Positions 1-10,376 of a stretch of 64,000 nt of DNA are shown piece after piece. This stretch comes from Deltaproteobacteria bacterium (GTDB taxonomy: Bacteria; Myxococcota; Kuafuiibacteriia; Kuafuiibacteriales; Kuafuiibacteriaceae). Position numbers and translations under genes: made by a program. How positions within the stretch are numbered: the stretch's first letter is position 1; the number at the start of each line of letters is the position of its first letter. The notes beneath the pieces were generated by a model. The model did not search any database, was not told the DNA's origin, and saw nothing but the letters and a program-made list of their open reading frames with translations. The stretch is from contig JAVJQW010000023.1 in assembly GCA_040218735.1 (NCBI GenBank), positions 32,001 through 96,000 of the forward strand, in the 5' to 3' direction.

Positions 1-74
1 CGCGCGGCTTCCTCTTCACCGACGCGGTCGCCCGCGCGATCCTCTCCGCGGCCCGCGACCTGCCCGGCGCTTGA
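1..74 (+). CDS. 3' end of an upstream gene, possibly radical SAM heme chaperone HemW (partial)
   Basis: Frame from nt 3 reads RGFLFTDAVARAILSAARDLPGA*, stop TGA 72-74. It resembles HemW C-termini, and hemW often precedes hrcA. Confidence 0.4.
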   Translation, partial: RGFLFTDAVARAILSAARDLPGA

Positions 75-101
75 CAGCGGGCGAGTTTCGCCACGTAAAT
101 C
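71..101 (+). promoter_or_regulatory. Possible sigma70-type promoter of hrcA
   Basis: Perfect TTGACA at 71-76 and a weak -10-like GTAAAT/TAAATC at 95-101. No CIRCE element seen. Confidence 0.3.
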
Positions 102-1220
102 GTGGTGTTGGCCGCTTCGAGCCCGTCTGACGTCGAACTCAACGACCGGCAGCGCGACATCCTCATCGCTTGCATCGAGGAGTACATCGCGACCGCCGAG
201 CCGGTCGGCTCGCGCACGCTCACCAAGCGCAAGGCCCTCGACGTCTCCCCCGCCACCGTCCGCAACGTCATGGCGGACCTCGACGAGCTGGGGTTGCTCT
301 CCGCGCCGCACGCCTCGGCGGGGCGCGTTCCCACACCGCGCGCGTTTCGGCTCTACGTCGAGCGGCTCGCGCAGCGCGGGCGCATCTCCCCCAAGGAGCG
401 CGAGCTGATCTCCGCGATCACCGTCCGCGCCAACAACGAATCCAACGACATCCAGGGTGTCCTCGAGGAGGCCGGGCGCGTGCTCTCGACGGTCTCCAAA
501 CACGCGACGCTCGTGTTGATGCCGTCGCTGGACGACGTGGTGTTCCAGCGGATCGAGTTCGTCCCGATCCGCGAGGACGCGGTCCTCGCCGTCTTCGTCG
601 CCAAGTCCGGGTTGATCCAGCAACGCCTCGTGGAGGTCACGTTCCGCACGGACCGGGACGAGCTCACCACGATGTCGAACTACCTGAACTCCCTGCTGGG
701 CGGGAAACCGCTCGCGGAGGTCCGGCGGGAAGTCCTCACCGCGATGCACGACGCCCGGACGGCGGCGGACAAGATCATGCGCCACGCCCTCTTCCTCGGG
801 GAGCGGGCGCTTTCGGCCCCCCCGGTCGGCCGCGTCGTGGTCGAGGGCGAGCGGACCCTCCTCGACCAGCCGGAGTTCGCGGACATCGAGCGGATGCGGA
901 AGCTCCTGCGGGCCTTCGAGGAGAAGACCATGATCCTCCGCCTCCTCGACGCCGCCACGACGACCCCCATCGAGTCCCAGGCCGCCGTGTCGGAGCTGAC
1001 CACCGTGGTCCTCGGCAGCGAGACCTCGATGAAGGACATCAGGGACCTCGCTGCGGTCACCGCCACCTACGCCTCGGAGGACGGCCCGGCCGGGCGCGTC
1101 AGCGTGGTAGGCCCCACGCGCATGAACTACGCCCGCGTCATCCCCCTCGTGGAGATGACCGCCGACGCCCTCTCCCAGAGCCTCGGCACCGAGGGCCCCT
1201 CGGACCCTGAACCGGACTGA
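102..1220 (+). CDS. hrcA: Heat-inducible transcription repressor HrcA
   Basis: IEEYIATAEPVGSRTL, VSPATVRNVMADL, HASAGRVPT and VVGPTRMNY motifs; upstream of grpE-dnaK. Confidence 0.97.
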   Translation: MVLAASSPSDVELNDRQRDILIACIEEYIATAEPVGSRTLTKRKALDVSPATVRNVMADLDELGLLSAPHASAGRVPTPRAFRLYVERLAQRGRISPKERELISAITVRANNESNDIQGVLEEAGRVLSTVSKHATLVLMPSLDDVVFQRIEFVPIREDAVLAVFVAKSGLIQQRLVEVTFRTDRDELTTMSNYLNSLLGGKPLAEVRREVLTAMHDARTAADKIMRHALFLGERALSAPPVGRVVVEGERTLLDQPEFADIERMRKLLRAFEEKTMILRLLDAATTTPIESQAAVSELTTVVLGSETSMKDIRDLAAVTATYASEDGPAGRVSVVGPTRMNYARVIPLVEMTADALSQSLGTEGPSDPEPD

Positions 1221-1274
1221 TCCAAGTCCACGACCTTATTGAAGTGTGGGTAAAGGCGTGACAGCTTACGCGCC

Positions 1275-1946
1275 GTGTCTGACGAGAAGGATCCGGCCGG
1301 CGAGGCTGCCGACGACGCCATCCAGGATGCCATGGCCGAGGCGGTCGCTTCCATGGAGGCCCGTGAAGACGGCGACGAAAAGCCCACGGACGGAAAACCG
1401 AGCGCGGCCGACGCCGTGACGGAGGCGCTCATCGACGCCAAGAAAGAGCTCGAAGAGGTCCTCGAGCAGACCCAAAAAGAAGCCGGCAGCTTCCGAGAGA
1501 AGTGGCTCCGCGCCGCGGCGGATCTCGAAAACTACCGCAAGCGCGCCGCGCGCGAGCGTGACGATGTCGCAAAGTTCGGTAACGAGAAGCTCCTCAAGGA
1601 CTTCCTGCCGATCGTCGACGACCTCGAACGCTCGATCGATGTGGTCGCGCAGTCCGAGGTCGGCGACACCGGACAGCAGCTCCTCGACGGCGTGAAGCTC
1701 GTCCTCAAGAAGTTCCTCAGCCAGCTCGAGAAGAACGGCGTCACGACGTTCGACTCCGTCGGTGAGACGTTCGATCCCTCCCAGCACGAGGCCGTGCAGC
1801 AGATCCACGCGGATCGCCCGCAGGGACAAGTGCACACGCAGCTTCAGCGCGGGTTCATGATCAACGATCGCCTGCTGCGCCCCGCGATGGTCGTCGTGTC
1901 GCTCGGACCGGAGGGCGGGAGCAAGGGTGACGGGGGCGAAGGATGA
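1275..1946 (+). CDS. grpE: Nucleotide exchange factor GrpE
   Basis: [22 protein letters not shown] and [18 protein letters not shown] motifs; ATGA overlap with dnaK. Confidence 0.97.
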   Translation: MSDEKDPAGEAADDAIQDAMAEAVASMEAREDGDEKPTDGKPSAADAVTEALIDAKKELEEVLEQTQKEAGSFREKWLRAAADLENYRKRAARERDDVAKFGNEKLLKDFLPIVDDLERSIDVVAQSEVGDTGQQLLDGVKLVLKKFLSQLEKNGVTTFDSVGETFDPSQHEAVQQIHADRPQGQVHTQLQRGFMINDRLLRPAMVVVSLGPEGGSKGDGGEG

Positions 1947-3772
1947 GCAAGATCATCGGCATCGACCTCGGGACGACGAACTCGTGTGTCGCGGTGATGG
2001 ACGGCGGCGAGGCCGTCGTCATCCCGAACTCCGAGGGGAGCCGCACCACCCCGTCGATGGTCGCGTTCACCGATTCGGGTGAGCGCCTCGTCGGCCAGAT
2101 CGCGAAGCGCCAGGCGGTGACGAACAGCGAGAACACGGTGTTCTCGGTGAAGCGTTTCATCGGGCGCCCGTTCGACTCCGACGAGGTCCGGCAGGACCAG
2201 AGCAAGTCGCCGTACACGGTCGTGTCCGCGGACAACGGCGAAGCGTGGGTGCAGATCCGCGACAAGTCGTACTCACCGCAGGAAATCTCCGCGATGATCC
2301 TCATGAAGATGAAGGAGACCGCGGAGGACTACCTCGGCGAGGAGGTCACGGAAGCGGTCATCACGGTCCCCGCGTACTTCAACGACGCCCAGCGTCAGGC
2401 AACCAAGGACGCCGGGAAGGTCGCCGGGCTGAACGTCCCGCGCATCATCAACGAGCCGACGGCGGCGGCGCTCGCGTACGGCCTCGACAAGAAGGAGAGC
2501 GTGCGGGTCGCGGTCTACGACCTCGGCGGCGGCACGTTCGATATCTCGATCCTCGAGCTCGGTGACGGCGTCTTCGAGGTGAAGTCGACGAACGGCGACA
2601 CGCACCTCGGCGGTGACGACTTCGACCTGTCGATCATCAACTTCCTCGCGGACCGGTTCTCGGAGGAGAACGCGGGGGCGGACCTTCGCAAGGACAAGAT
2701 GGCGCTGCAGCGCCTGAAGGAAGCCGCGGAGAAGGCGAAGCACGAGCTGTCGTCGTCGACGGAGACGGACGTCAACCTGCCCTTCATCATGGCGGACGCC
2801 ACCGGGCCGAAGCACCTGAACACCACGGTCACGCGCCAGGAGCTCGAGCAGCTCGTGGAGCCGTTGATCCAGCGCTCGCTGGAGCCGTGCGGTCAGGCGC
2901 TGAAGGACGCGGGGCTCGCGAAGGGGGACATCGACGAGGTGTTGCTCGTCGGCGGTCAGACGCGGATGCCGCGCATCCAGCAGGTGGTGCGCGACTTCTT
3001 CGACAAGGACCCGAACAAGAAGGTCAACCCGGACGAGGTGGTCGCGATCGGCGCGGCGATTCAGGGCGGCGTCCTCAAGGGCGACGTCAAGGATGTGCTG
3101 CTGCTCGACGTGAACCCGCTGTCGCTCGGTGTCGAGACGGCGGGCGGTGTCTTCACGGCGATCATCCAGCGCAACACGACCATCCCGGCGAAGAAGTCGA
3201 TGGTGTTCTCGACGGCGATGGACAACCAGCCGATCGTGGACGTGCACGTGCTGCAGGGCGAGCGCCCGATGGCCGAGGACAACAAAACGCTCGGGCGGTT
3301 CCAACTGGTGGGCATTCCGCCGGCGCCCCGCGGTGTTCCTCAGATCGAAGTGACCTTCGACATCGACGCCAACGGTATCGTGCACGTGTCGGCGCGCGAC
3401 CTCGGCACGGGGAAGAAGCAGCAGATCAAGATCATCGCGTCGTCGGGTCTGACCGAGGACGAGATCGAGCGGATGGTGAAGGAGGCGGAGTCCAGCAAGA
3501 CGGACGACGCCAAGAAGAAGGAGCTGGCCGACCTGAGGAACATGGCGGACGGCCTGCTCTACACGACCGAGAAGTCGCTCGAGGAGTACTCGTCGATGCT
3601 CACGGAGGACGACATCGAGGACATCAAGGAAGACCTCGAATCCGTGAAGAGCGTCTACGAATCGAACGACGTCGAGAAGATCAAGGCCGCGATCCAGCGG
3701 CTGGAAGGTTCGTCACACCGCATCGCCGAGGCCATGTACCAAGAGGCGCTGCAGGACGACGACGAGGGCTAA
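1943..3772 (+). CDS. dnaK: Chaperone DnaK (Hsp70)
   Basis: [38 protein letters not shown] and [15 protein letters not shown] motifs. Confidence 0.99.
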   Translation: MSKIIGIDLGTTNSCVAVMDGGEAVVIPNSEGSRTTPSMVAFTDSGERLVGQIAKRQAVTNSENTVFSVKRFIGRPFDSDEVRQDQSKSPYTVVSADNGEAWVQIRDKSYSPQEISAMILMKMKETAEDYLGEEVTEAVITVPAYFNDAQRQATKDAGKVAGLNVPRIINEPTAAALAYGLDKKESVRVAVYDLGGGTFDISILELGDGVFEVKSTNGDTHLGGDDFDLSIINFLADRFSEENAGADLRKDKMALQRLKEAAEKAKHELSSSTETDVNLPFIMADATGPKHLNTTVTRQELEQLVEPLIQRSLEPCGQALKDAGLAKGDIDEVLLVGGQTRMPRIQQVVRDFFDKDPNKKVNPDEVVAIGAAIQGGVLKGDVKDVLLLDVNPLSLGVETAGGVFTAIIQRNTTIPAKKSMVFSTAMDNQPIVDVHVLQGERPMAEDNKTLGRFQLVGIPPAPRGVPQIEVTFDIDANGIVHVSARDLGTGKKQQIKIIASSGLTEDEIERMVKEAESSKTDDAKKKELADLRNMADGLLYTTEKSLEEYSSMLTEDDIEDIKEDLESVKSVYESNDVEKIKAAIQRLEGSSHRIAEAMYQEALQDDDEG

Positions 3773-3778
3773 TTCATC

Positions 3779-4855
3779 ATGACCATGCGATGCGCCGTCG
3801 TTGGCGCGACCGGGCTCGCGGGACAGCAGTTCCTCGCGGCGCTCGTCGACCACCCGTTCCTCGAAGTCACTCGGCTCGCGGCCTCGTCGCGCTCGGCCGG
3901 CAAGAAGTACCGCGAAGCCATCACGCAGGAGAATGGCCTCGTCGGTTGGTACGTCGCCGAGTCGGCGTTCGCGAAGTACGCGGACATGGACGTCGTCAAC
4001 GGGACCGACATGTCGCTCGACGACATCGACCTCGTCTTCTCGGCGGTGGAGTCGGACGCTGCGCGTGTGCTCGAGACGGAGTACGCGAAGCGCCGGCCGG
4101 TGATCTCCACCGCGAGCGCGTACCGGTACGAGGACGACTGCCCGATCATCATCCCCGCCGTGAACGGCGACCACGCGAACCTGATCCACGCGATGCGGAA
4201 GAACCGCGGCTGGGAAGGGTTCGTCGTGCCGATCCCCAACTGCACGACCTGCGGCCTCGCGATCGCGCTCGCGCCGTTGGTGCAGTTCGGTCTGGAGAAG
4301 GTCGTCGTGACCTCGATGCAGGCGACGAGCGGCGCGGGCCGTTCACCCGGCGTCATCTCCCTCGACATCGTCGACAACATCGTCCCCTACATCAAGAAGG
4401 AGGAGGAGAAGGTCGCGCTCGAGACGAAGAAGATCCTCGGCACGCTGAACGGCGAGACGATCGCGCCGCTCGATGTGAAGGTCTCGGCGACGTGCACGCG
4501 GGTGAACGTGATCGACGGGCACACCGAAGCCGTCACGGCTTCCTTGTCGCGCGACGTGTCGATCGACGAGGTCCGCTCGGCGATGGAGCGGTTCGGTGCG
4601 GAGCTCAACCCGAACACCCACCCCTCGGCGCCGGAGCGTTGGATCACCGTGCACAGCGATCCTTTCCGCCCGCAGCCGCGTCGCGACCGCGACGCCGACG
4701 GCGGCATGACCACGAGCGTCGGGCGTCTTCGTCCGGACGACGTGCTCGGCGACCACGGCGTGAAGTTCGTGCTCGTCTCCCACAACACGAAGATGGGCGC
4801 CGCCAAGGGCGCGGTCCTCGTGGCGGAAGACCTCAAGAGCCGGGGCCTTCTGTAG
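3779..4855 (+). CDS. asd: Aspartate-semialdehyde dehydrogenase
   Basis: GATGLAG Rossmann motif, catalytic PNCTT, MQATSGAG, CTRV, GHTE and SHNTKMGAAKG. Confidence 0.92.
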   Translation: MTMRCAVVGATGLAGQQFLAALVDHPFLEVTRLAASSRSAGKKYREAITQENGLVGWYVAESAFAKYADMDVVNGTDMSLDDIDLVFSAVESDAARVLETEYAKRRPVISTASAYRYEDDCPIIIPAVNGDHANLIHAMRKNRGWEGFVVPIPNCTTCGLAIALAPLVQFGLEKVVVTSMQATSGAGRSPGVISLDIVDNIVPYIKKEEEKVALETKKILGTLNGETIAPLDVKVSATCTRVNVIDGHTEAVTASLSRDVSIDEVRSAMERFGAELNPNTHPSAPERWITVHSDPFRPQPRRDRDADGGMTTSVGRLRPDDVLGDHGVKFVLVSHNTKMGAAKGAVLVAEDLKSRGLL

Positions 4856-4868
4856 GCGCGCGGTCGTC

Positions 4869-5543
4869 TTACTGCTCGTCCACGCAGAGGCGCGCGATGC
4901 GCTCACGGACGTGCTCCGTCTCGTCGTCGAACGTGAACTGAATCCCGAGCCAGCGTGTGTCGTGCTGGGAGCGGCTCGCCGCTTTCGCTCGACGCACGGT
5001 GCCGTCGACCTTCGTGAAACGCGGCTCGCCCGGGAGCTGGAGCATGAGCTCCACTTGGTCACCGACCGCGAAGTCGCGGCCGGGTGACTTCACGACGAAG
5101 GCACAGCCACCGCGCGACAGGTCGCGGACGGTGCCCTGCAAGCGTTGCTCGCCGATCTTCAGCGCGCCGCGAACGCAAACCCGAAGTCGCTCGTCCTTTC
5201 GTCGCGCGTACTCCTGAAGGATGTCCGGATAACCGACGAAGATCAGCGTCGCCGGTGACTCGTAGACCAGCTGGATCCGCGTGACGAACCCGAGCTCCCC
5301 CATGCCCGGCGAGTAGCGCGCAACGCACCGCGCCCCCGGGTAGAGCGGCGCGTCCGTGTCGTCCGGGATCTCGAGGAGCAGGTACTCCGACACCTTGTAG
5401 CCCCGGAGCGTCGCAGTGACCTGCGCCGACTCGCCGTGGTCCTCGATCAGGAGCTGCAGCTGGGCGTCCACGACGAGGTGCACCGGACCGCGGTCCTGCA
5501 CCAACGTCACGTCGGACGGCAAACGAGCGGCAGGCAACACCAC
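4869..5543 (-). CDS. PilZ-domain c-di-GMP receptor, YcgR/flagellar-brake-like (PilZN + PilZ)
   Basis: RKDER (RxxxR) and DLSRGG (DxSxxG) motifs after an N-terminal beta-barrel-like region. Start uncertain. Confidence 0.85.
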   Translation of the reverse strand: MVLPAARLPSDVTLVQDRGPVHLVVDAQLQLLIEDHGESAQVTATLRGYKVSEYLLLEIPDDTDAPLYPGARCVARYSPGMGELGFVTRIQLVYESPATLIFVGYPDILQEYARRKDERLRVCVRGALKIGEQRLQGTVRDLSRGGCAFVVKSPGRDFAVGDQVELMLQLPGEPRFTKVDGTVRRAKAASRSQHDTRWLGIQFTFDDETEHVRERIARLCVDEQ

Positions 5544-5551
5544 GAGACCAA

Positions 5552-5579
5552 GAATCGGCGAACCCGGGTCTGACCTTGA
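5552..5579 (-). promoter_or_regulatory. Sigma28 (FliA)-like promoter of the PilZ gene
   Basis: Minus strand reads TCAA-N16-GCCGATTC versus consensus TAAA-N15/16-GCCGATAA. Confidence 0.5.
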
Positions 5580-5610
5580 GAGGGGGTCTCTGGGTTAGGA
5601 TGGAGCGGTC

Positions 5611-6884
5611 GTGCGTGCGGCCCGAGTCGCCTCGTTCTGGATCGTCGTCACGGCCGCGTGCGGGTCCGAGTCCGATCTGTTCGTGAAACGCGTCTGGGGC
5701 GAATCCGAGGCCGCCATCCTCGTCGCCGTCGCCGAGTCCGGCGAGCGGACGCCGATCGTCGTCGCCGCTTCGGCGGGCGTCCGCGAGGCGACGTTCGAAG
5801 CGGAGGGTGACGTCACCTACTACGCGCAGACCTTCGAAGAGCTCGAAGGTCGGGACGTCTCGCAGTGCACGGTCACGTTCGGCCCCAACGACGACCTCGC
5901 GTTGGGCACCGCGCACCGATCTTGGATCGGCCAGCGCGACGGCGACGCGATTCAGTGGTCCCTCGAAGACGTGCCGCGCGCCTTCGACCTCCGCATTCGC
6001 GGCTGCGAGCGGCCCCGCGGGAGCTGCGACGTGGGGATCGAGCTGTTGGACGGCGGCCCCAGCGTCAGTGGGCTGTTCGCGACCGCGGTGCTCGACGACG
6101 ACACCGCCCTCTTCGCCGGCGCGCGTCGCGGCGACGGCGATATGAGCACCCTCACCATGCGCTACGACCGCGGAACGGTGTCGACGCTCCCTCCCGATCC
6201 GAACCTCATCGGAAAGATCCAAGCCGTCGAGTACGACGGTGACCGCATCATCGCCGCGCAGGGTGATCACCTCCTCCAGCTCGACCGACGGGGGGTCGTC
6301 ACTGCGTCGGTCGCGGTCGGCTTTGCGATCGAAGCCATGGAGATCGGGAGCGACGGTGCGGCGTTCCTGATGTCGTCGGACGGCGAGCTCGCGTTTGTCG
6401 CGCCGGGCACGCTCAGGCCGACCGCCTTCGCACCGCCACGCTACGGCGAGTTGACCGGCGGCGAGGTGAACCTCGACGTCGTCGACGCCGACACCCTCGT
6501 CCTGCTCGGGCCGGACGGGAGTGTGTGGCACTACACCGAAGAGAAGTGGACCTTGCTCCTCGAACGCGTCGAGGCGCGGGTGATCGCCACGGACGGCCGC
6601 GACGTGCTCCTCGCGCGCAACCACGCGTCCGTGCTCATCCACCGCATCGGGGGGTCGGACTGGGAGGGGATCAGCGTCGCGTTCAACCAACAGAACGCCA
6701 TCCACGCCGAAGCGATCGGGGGCGGACGGTTCATCATCACCGGGCAGACCGGCACCGTCATGTACTACGATGGCGCGATGGCCTGCACCGTACCGTCCGC
6801 GACCGATCGGAACATCGAGGACTTCGACCTGAGCCCGAGCGGCGACGTCGCGTTCGCGGTGGGCGAGCACTTCAGCGCGACTGA
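5611..6884 (+). CDS. Putative beta-propeller lipoprotein; expected stop out of frame (ORF as given runs to 7656)
   Basis: Lipobox-like VTAAC and beta-rich repeats up to ...GEHFSAT. After ~6880 the frame becomes Arg-rich antisense shadow. TGA at 6882-6884 is one base out of frame. Confidence 0.65.
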
Positions 6885-8682
6885 CCGAGGTCGACGACTC
6901 CGCCGCCGGCGCGAGCCAACGACGCACCGACTCTTCGAGGCGCGGGCGTGCGACGGGTTTCGACAGGAAGTCACACATGCCGGCGTTCTCGCAGCGCACA
7001 CGATCGGCGTCGGTGACATACGCGGTCACCGCGATGACGGGGACCGGCGTCTGGGCAGTGCTCGTGATGCGCTCCGTCGCCTCCCACCCGTTCATCACCG
7101 GCATCTCGCAGTCCATGAAGATCGCGTCGTAGTCCGCGGCGGCCGCGCGCTCGACGGCCTCCTGTCCGTTGGTCGCTTCGTCGACCTCCAGGCCGAGCTT
7201 CTTCAACATCCGCGACAGGACCATGCGGTTGACGCGGTTGTCGTCGACCACGAGCACGCGGCGCCCACCGACGGCGCTGACCGGCGGCGGCGGTGGCGCT
7301 TCGACGATGCGCGCGGGCACGCGGACGGTGATCGTCGTCCCGAGGCCGAGCTTCGACTGGATCTCGATCGTACCCCCCATTCGACGGAGGACCCGATCCA
7401 CCATCGCGAGGCCGAGCCCCGCCCCGCCGAACGACCGCGTCGCCGCGTCGTTGACCTGGTAGAAGAGGTCGAAGATTCGCTCGAGGTATTCGTCCGGGAT
7501 CCCGATCCCGGTGTCACGCACCGTCAGCAGCATGCCTCCGCCGTCCGCGCTCAAGCGCACGTGCACGTGACCCTCCGGCGTGAACTTGACGGCGTTCTCG
7601 ATGAGTCGCTCCGCGACGATGAGCAACCCGTCGGCATCACAACGCACCCGATGTGACAGCTCGGGTGCGACGTCGAAGCAAAACTCCAGGTTGCACCGCT
7701 GCGCAGCCCGGCGTGTCCGGTCGATGACCGGCGCGAGGTGTTTCTCGACGCTCACCTCGCCAATAGGAACGACGAGGTCCTCGGTTCCGCCGTCGGCAAG
7801 CGCGAGAACGTCTTCGATCAGGCGGGTGAGGTTGGCGGCCGAGTCCTCGAGCGCGACGCGGAAGTCTTCGCGAGAGATGGAGTCCGCTTCATCGAGCACG
7901 CCGCTCATCGAGCCTACGATTCCATTGAGTGGAGTCCGGAGCTCATGGCTCATGATCGAGAGGAAACGACGCTTCACCTCCAGGGCGCGCTGCATCTCCT
8001 CGTGGGCGACCTCGAGGCGACGGTATTGTGCGTTGAGCTCTTCTTGCTGACGGTTGAGCTCCTCGAGCGCCGCCTGGCCTGCGAACAGCGCTCGGAAGGC
8101 GCGACGGATGCGCGCCGGTAGCGTTTGTGACTGCGGCGGACGAACGAGGTACGTGCCGCGTCGGTCGTCGAGCTCGAAGTGCACCTCGGCGTCGGGGAGG
8201 CCCAGCAAACGTGGGAGCGCCTGCAGGATGCCGCGTGTGATGAGAAAGAATCCGACCGACGTTCGGTAGGGCTCCGGGATCTCGACGACGATGCGGATCT
8301 CGCCGTTCGGGAGCTCCGTCTGTTCGGAGCGAAGGTTGCTGAACGTGCGCTTGAACCCGAAGCCGTGGCCCACCGTGTAGAGCACCTTCGGGCTCGCCAC
8401 GACGGAGAGCACGCGGAGCATCCCGCCGAACTTCGGCAGCTTGAGCGCGGAGCGCCCGCACTCTTCGAGGGAGATCTTCCCCGCGGCTGCGACCGCCATA
8501 CGGTCGTAGAGCACACAGGCTTCCTCCCAGCTGAATCGCTTCGGGCGGTCGAGGAGGTGCTCATAGCCCTCGAGGATGGCGGCCTCGGAGCCGAGCAGCA
8601 GCTCCCCGCACACGAGGAACGGTTCGAGCGCCTCGCCGGCGACCTCCTCGCCTCCGTGGTGGACCGTGACCTCAGACCCCAT
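6872..8682 (-). CDS. Hybrid sensor histidine kinase/response regulator; expected stop out of frame
   Basis: H-box MSHELRTPLNGI, N-box ENAVKFT, DTGIGI, GAGLGL, receiver VLVVDDN...FMDCEMP...KP. Probable start ATG at 8682. The minus-strand TGA at 6874-6872 is one base out of frame. Confidence 0.88.
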
Positions 8683-8731
8683 CTCGTATCTGATGTCGGA
8701 CGCCCTGCGACGAAATTCAGTGGCCGGGCGA

Positions 8732-10360
8732 TCAGGCGCGCATCGCCGACACCCGCCCGTTGGCGTTGTGGAGCCGACCGCGGTGTGGCGCAGTGACCAC
8801 CCACTCGTACCAGGCGCGCCGGGTGCGGGAGCGCCGGAAGAGCTCGACGCGGAGCGTAGACGCCTCGCGAATCCCGAAGGGTTGCGCAAACGGCAGGTAC
8901 ATCGGACTCCAGCTGCGCATCCCGGGCGTCGCGTCTTGGGGGACGATCGACAACCGAACGCCGTCGGCGAGCTCCATATCGAAGAACGCGCCGAGACCGT
9001 GGGCGACGCCGTCTGCCTCGATTTGAAACGCTACGGCCGCGTGCTGATCGAGCGGCTCCTCGCCGGGGTGTGTGAAATGAAAGACCGGCTGCGGCGGAGC
9101 GAGGAGACACGCGCGGTCCAGGGTGATCGTGTAGAGCTTTTCGGGCTCCGCCACCGCCATCGCGAGGGACTCGGCGTGCAGCGGAGCGACGTAGCTCGTG
9201 TATGCGCGCGGGATCGAAACGCCGTCCCCCGCGAGGTGTCGTTCGATCGGTCGCAGGCACTCCGGCGACAGCTCGTTGTCACCAAAGCCACCGAGGAGCT
9301 CGCTGACGAGGACGTCGATCGGAGCGTCGGGTACCCAGCTCCGCATGTCCGCGTCGACGACCTTCGCTGCGTTTCTCCACTCGCGTTCGTTGCGCGCGTG
9401 GAGCGTCGCGCGCGCACCGGGGTTCTTCTCGAGCAGGACGAGTCGAATCCTTCGGTTCAGGAACTGCGCGGCGCGAAGGACCTGGTCCACCAACCCACCG
9501 CGCCCCGCCCCCGCGACGACGACGTGTGTGTCGTCCGGGCGATCACGAAGCACGGCGAGGGCGGCCTCGTGGTACGCGCGGTACTTCACCGGGTCACTCT
9601 CGATCACCTCGTACGTCGCGCTCGGGATGTCGTCGCCGAGGGGCTCGACCGGGATGATCGGGGCGTTGGCAAATGCCGCCGCGTGGTGGTGCTGCGCAGA
9701 CACCCCCGCCCACGCCGCGCGATAGGCTTCGTCGAGGTCGTTGCGCTGCTCGGGGTCCGTGAGCAGCACACGTTCGCCGAAGCTCCGGAACAACCGCTCG
9801 AACGCCGGCCACGCCTTCGACGCGACCACGAGCTCCACCGGCTCGGCGCACCATCGTTCGACGACGCCCTTGGACGGAGGGCGCTTCGTCGCGTCGAGCG
9901 CCACGTGTACGCGCGAGTGATGTGCAAAGAACCACCGCGCGTCGTCGTAGAGCGACCAGCCGGCCTCCGACCACGGGACGAGCAACCAGGCGTGCGCCGG
10001 TCCGCGCTCGATCAGCGACGCGATCGCCGCGAGCTGCGCGGTGGTCGTCTTCTTCGACAGCGGTAGCATCACCGCGGGGAGGCCGAGGTACACCGCGCGC
10101 TCCACCTGCGCTTCGATCGACTGCCCGGGCGCGATCGCACCGACGATGCGCCGACGCCAGGTCGCCGCGTCGAGCTCTCGGTCGTGATAGGCGGTCGAGG
10201 CGAGGTCGATGAGCGCGAGCTCCCCCCCGAGGCGCGCGACCTGGTTCAGCCCTACCTGCAGGCCGTGGTCGAGGCCGACCTGGACGACGTAGGTGAGGCG
10301 ACGGAGATCGGGCTGGGTGAGGCGCGCGTAGAGACGCGCCATGTCCTCGGAGCTGGTCAT
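8732..10360 (-). CDS. PRMT5-like (Skb1/Hsl7 family) protein arginine N-methyltransferase
   Basis: Colinear matches to PRMT5 motifs: YLGLPAVMLPL, ERWCAEPV, TYEVIESDPVKY, GAGRGG, EKNP, DMRSW, VSELLGGFGDNELSPECL, DGVSIP, FHFTHP, LSIVP, PGMRSW, WYEW, HNANGR. Confidence 0.93.
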   Translation of the reverse strand: MTSSEDMARLYARLTQPDLRRLTYVVQVGLDHGLQVGLNQVARLGGELALIDLASTAYHDRELDAATWRRRIVGAIAPGQSIEAQVERAVYLGLPAVMLPLSKKTTTAQLAAIASLIERGPAHAWLLVPWSEAGWSLYDDARWFFAHHSRVHVALDATKRPPSKGVVERWCAEPVELVVASKAWPAFERLFRSFGERVLLTDPEQRNDLDEAYRAAWAGVSAQHHHAAAFANAPIIPVEPLGDDIPSATYEVIESDPVKYRAYHEAALAVLRDRPDDTHVVVAGAGRGGLVDQVLRAAQFLNRRIRLVLLEKNPGARATLHARNEREWRNAAKVVDADMRSWVPDAPIDVLVSELLGGFGDNELSPECLRPIERHLAGDGVSIPRAYTSYVAPLHAESLAMAVAEPEKLYTITLDRACLLAPPQPVFHFTHPGEEPLDQHAAVAFQIEADGVAHGLGAFFDMELADGVRLSIVPQDATPGMRSWSPMYLPFAQPFGIREASTLRVELFRRSRTRRAWYEWVVTAPHRGRLHNANGRVSAMRA

Positions 10361-10376
10361 GCGCGGCGAGCGTAGC

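Noticed and set aside
75-1274. CIRCE element
   Set aside because: No match to TTAGCACTC-N9-GAGTGCTAA upstream of hrcA or grpE.
2887-4941. Long Arg-rich alternative-frame and antisense ORFs here and elsewhere (e.g. 12937-15033, 25086-27737, 36763-38649, 60980-62659)
   Set aside because: Typical shadow ORFs of high-GC coding DNA. They have no motifs and overlap well-supported genes.
5059-8889. 1276-aa minus ORF and 681-aa plus ORF (5611-7656) taken as true full-length overlapping proteins
   Set aside because: The extensions are antisense shadows of real genes and are explained by one missing base at 6875-6881.
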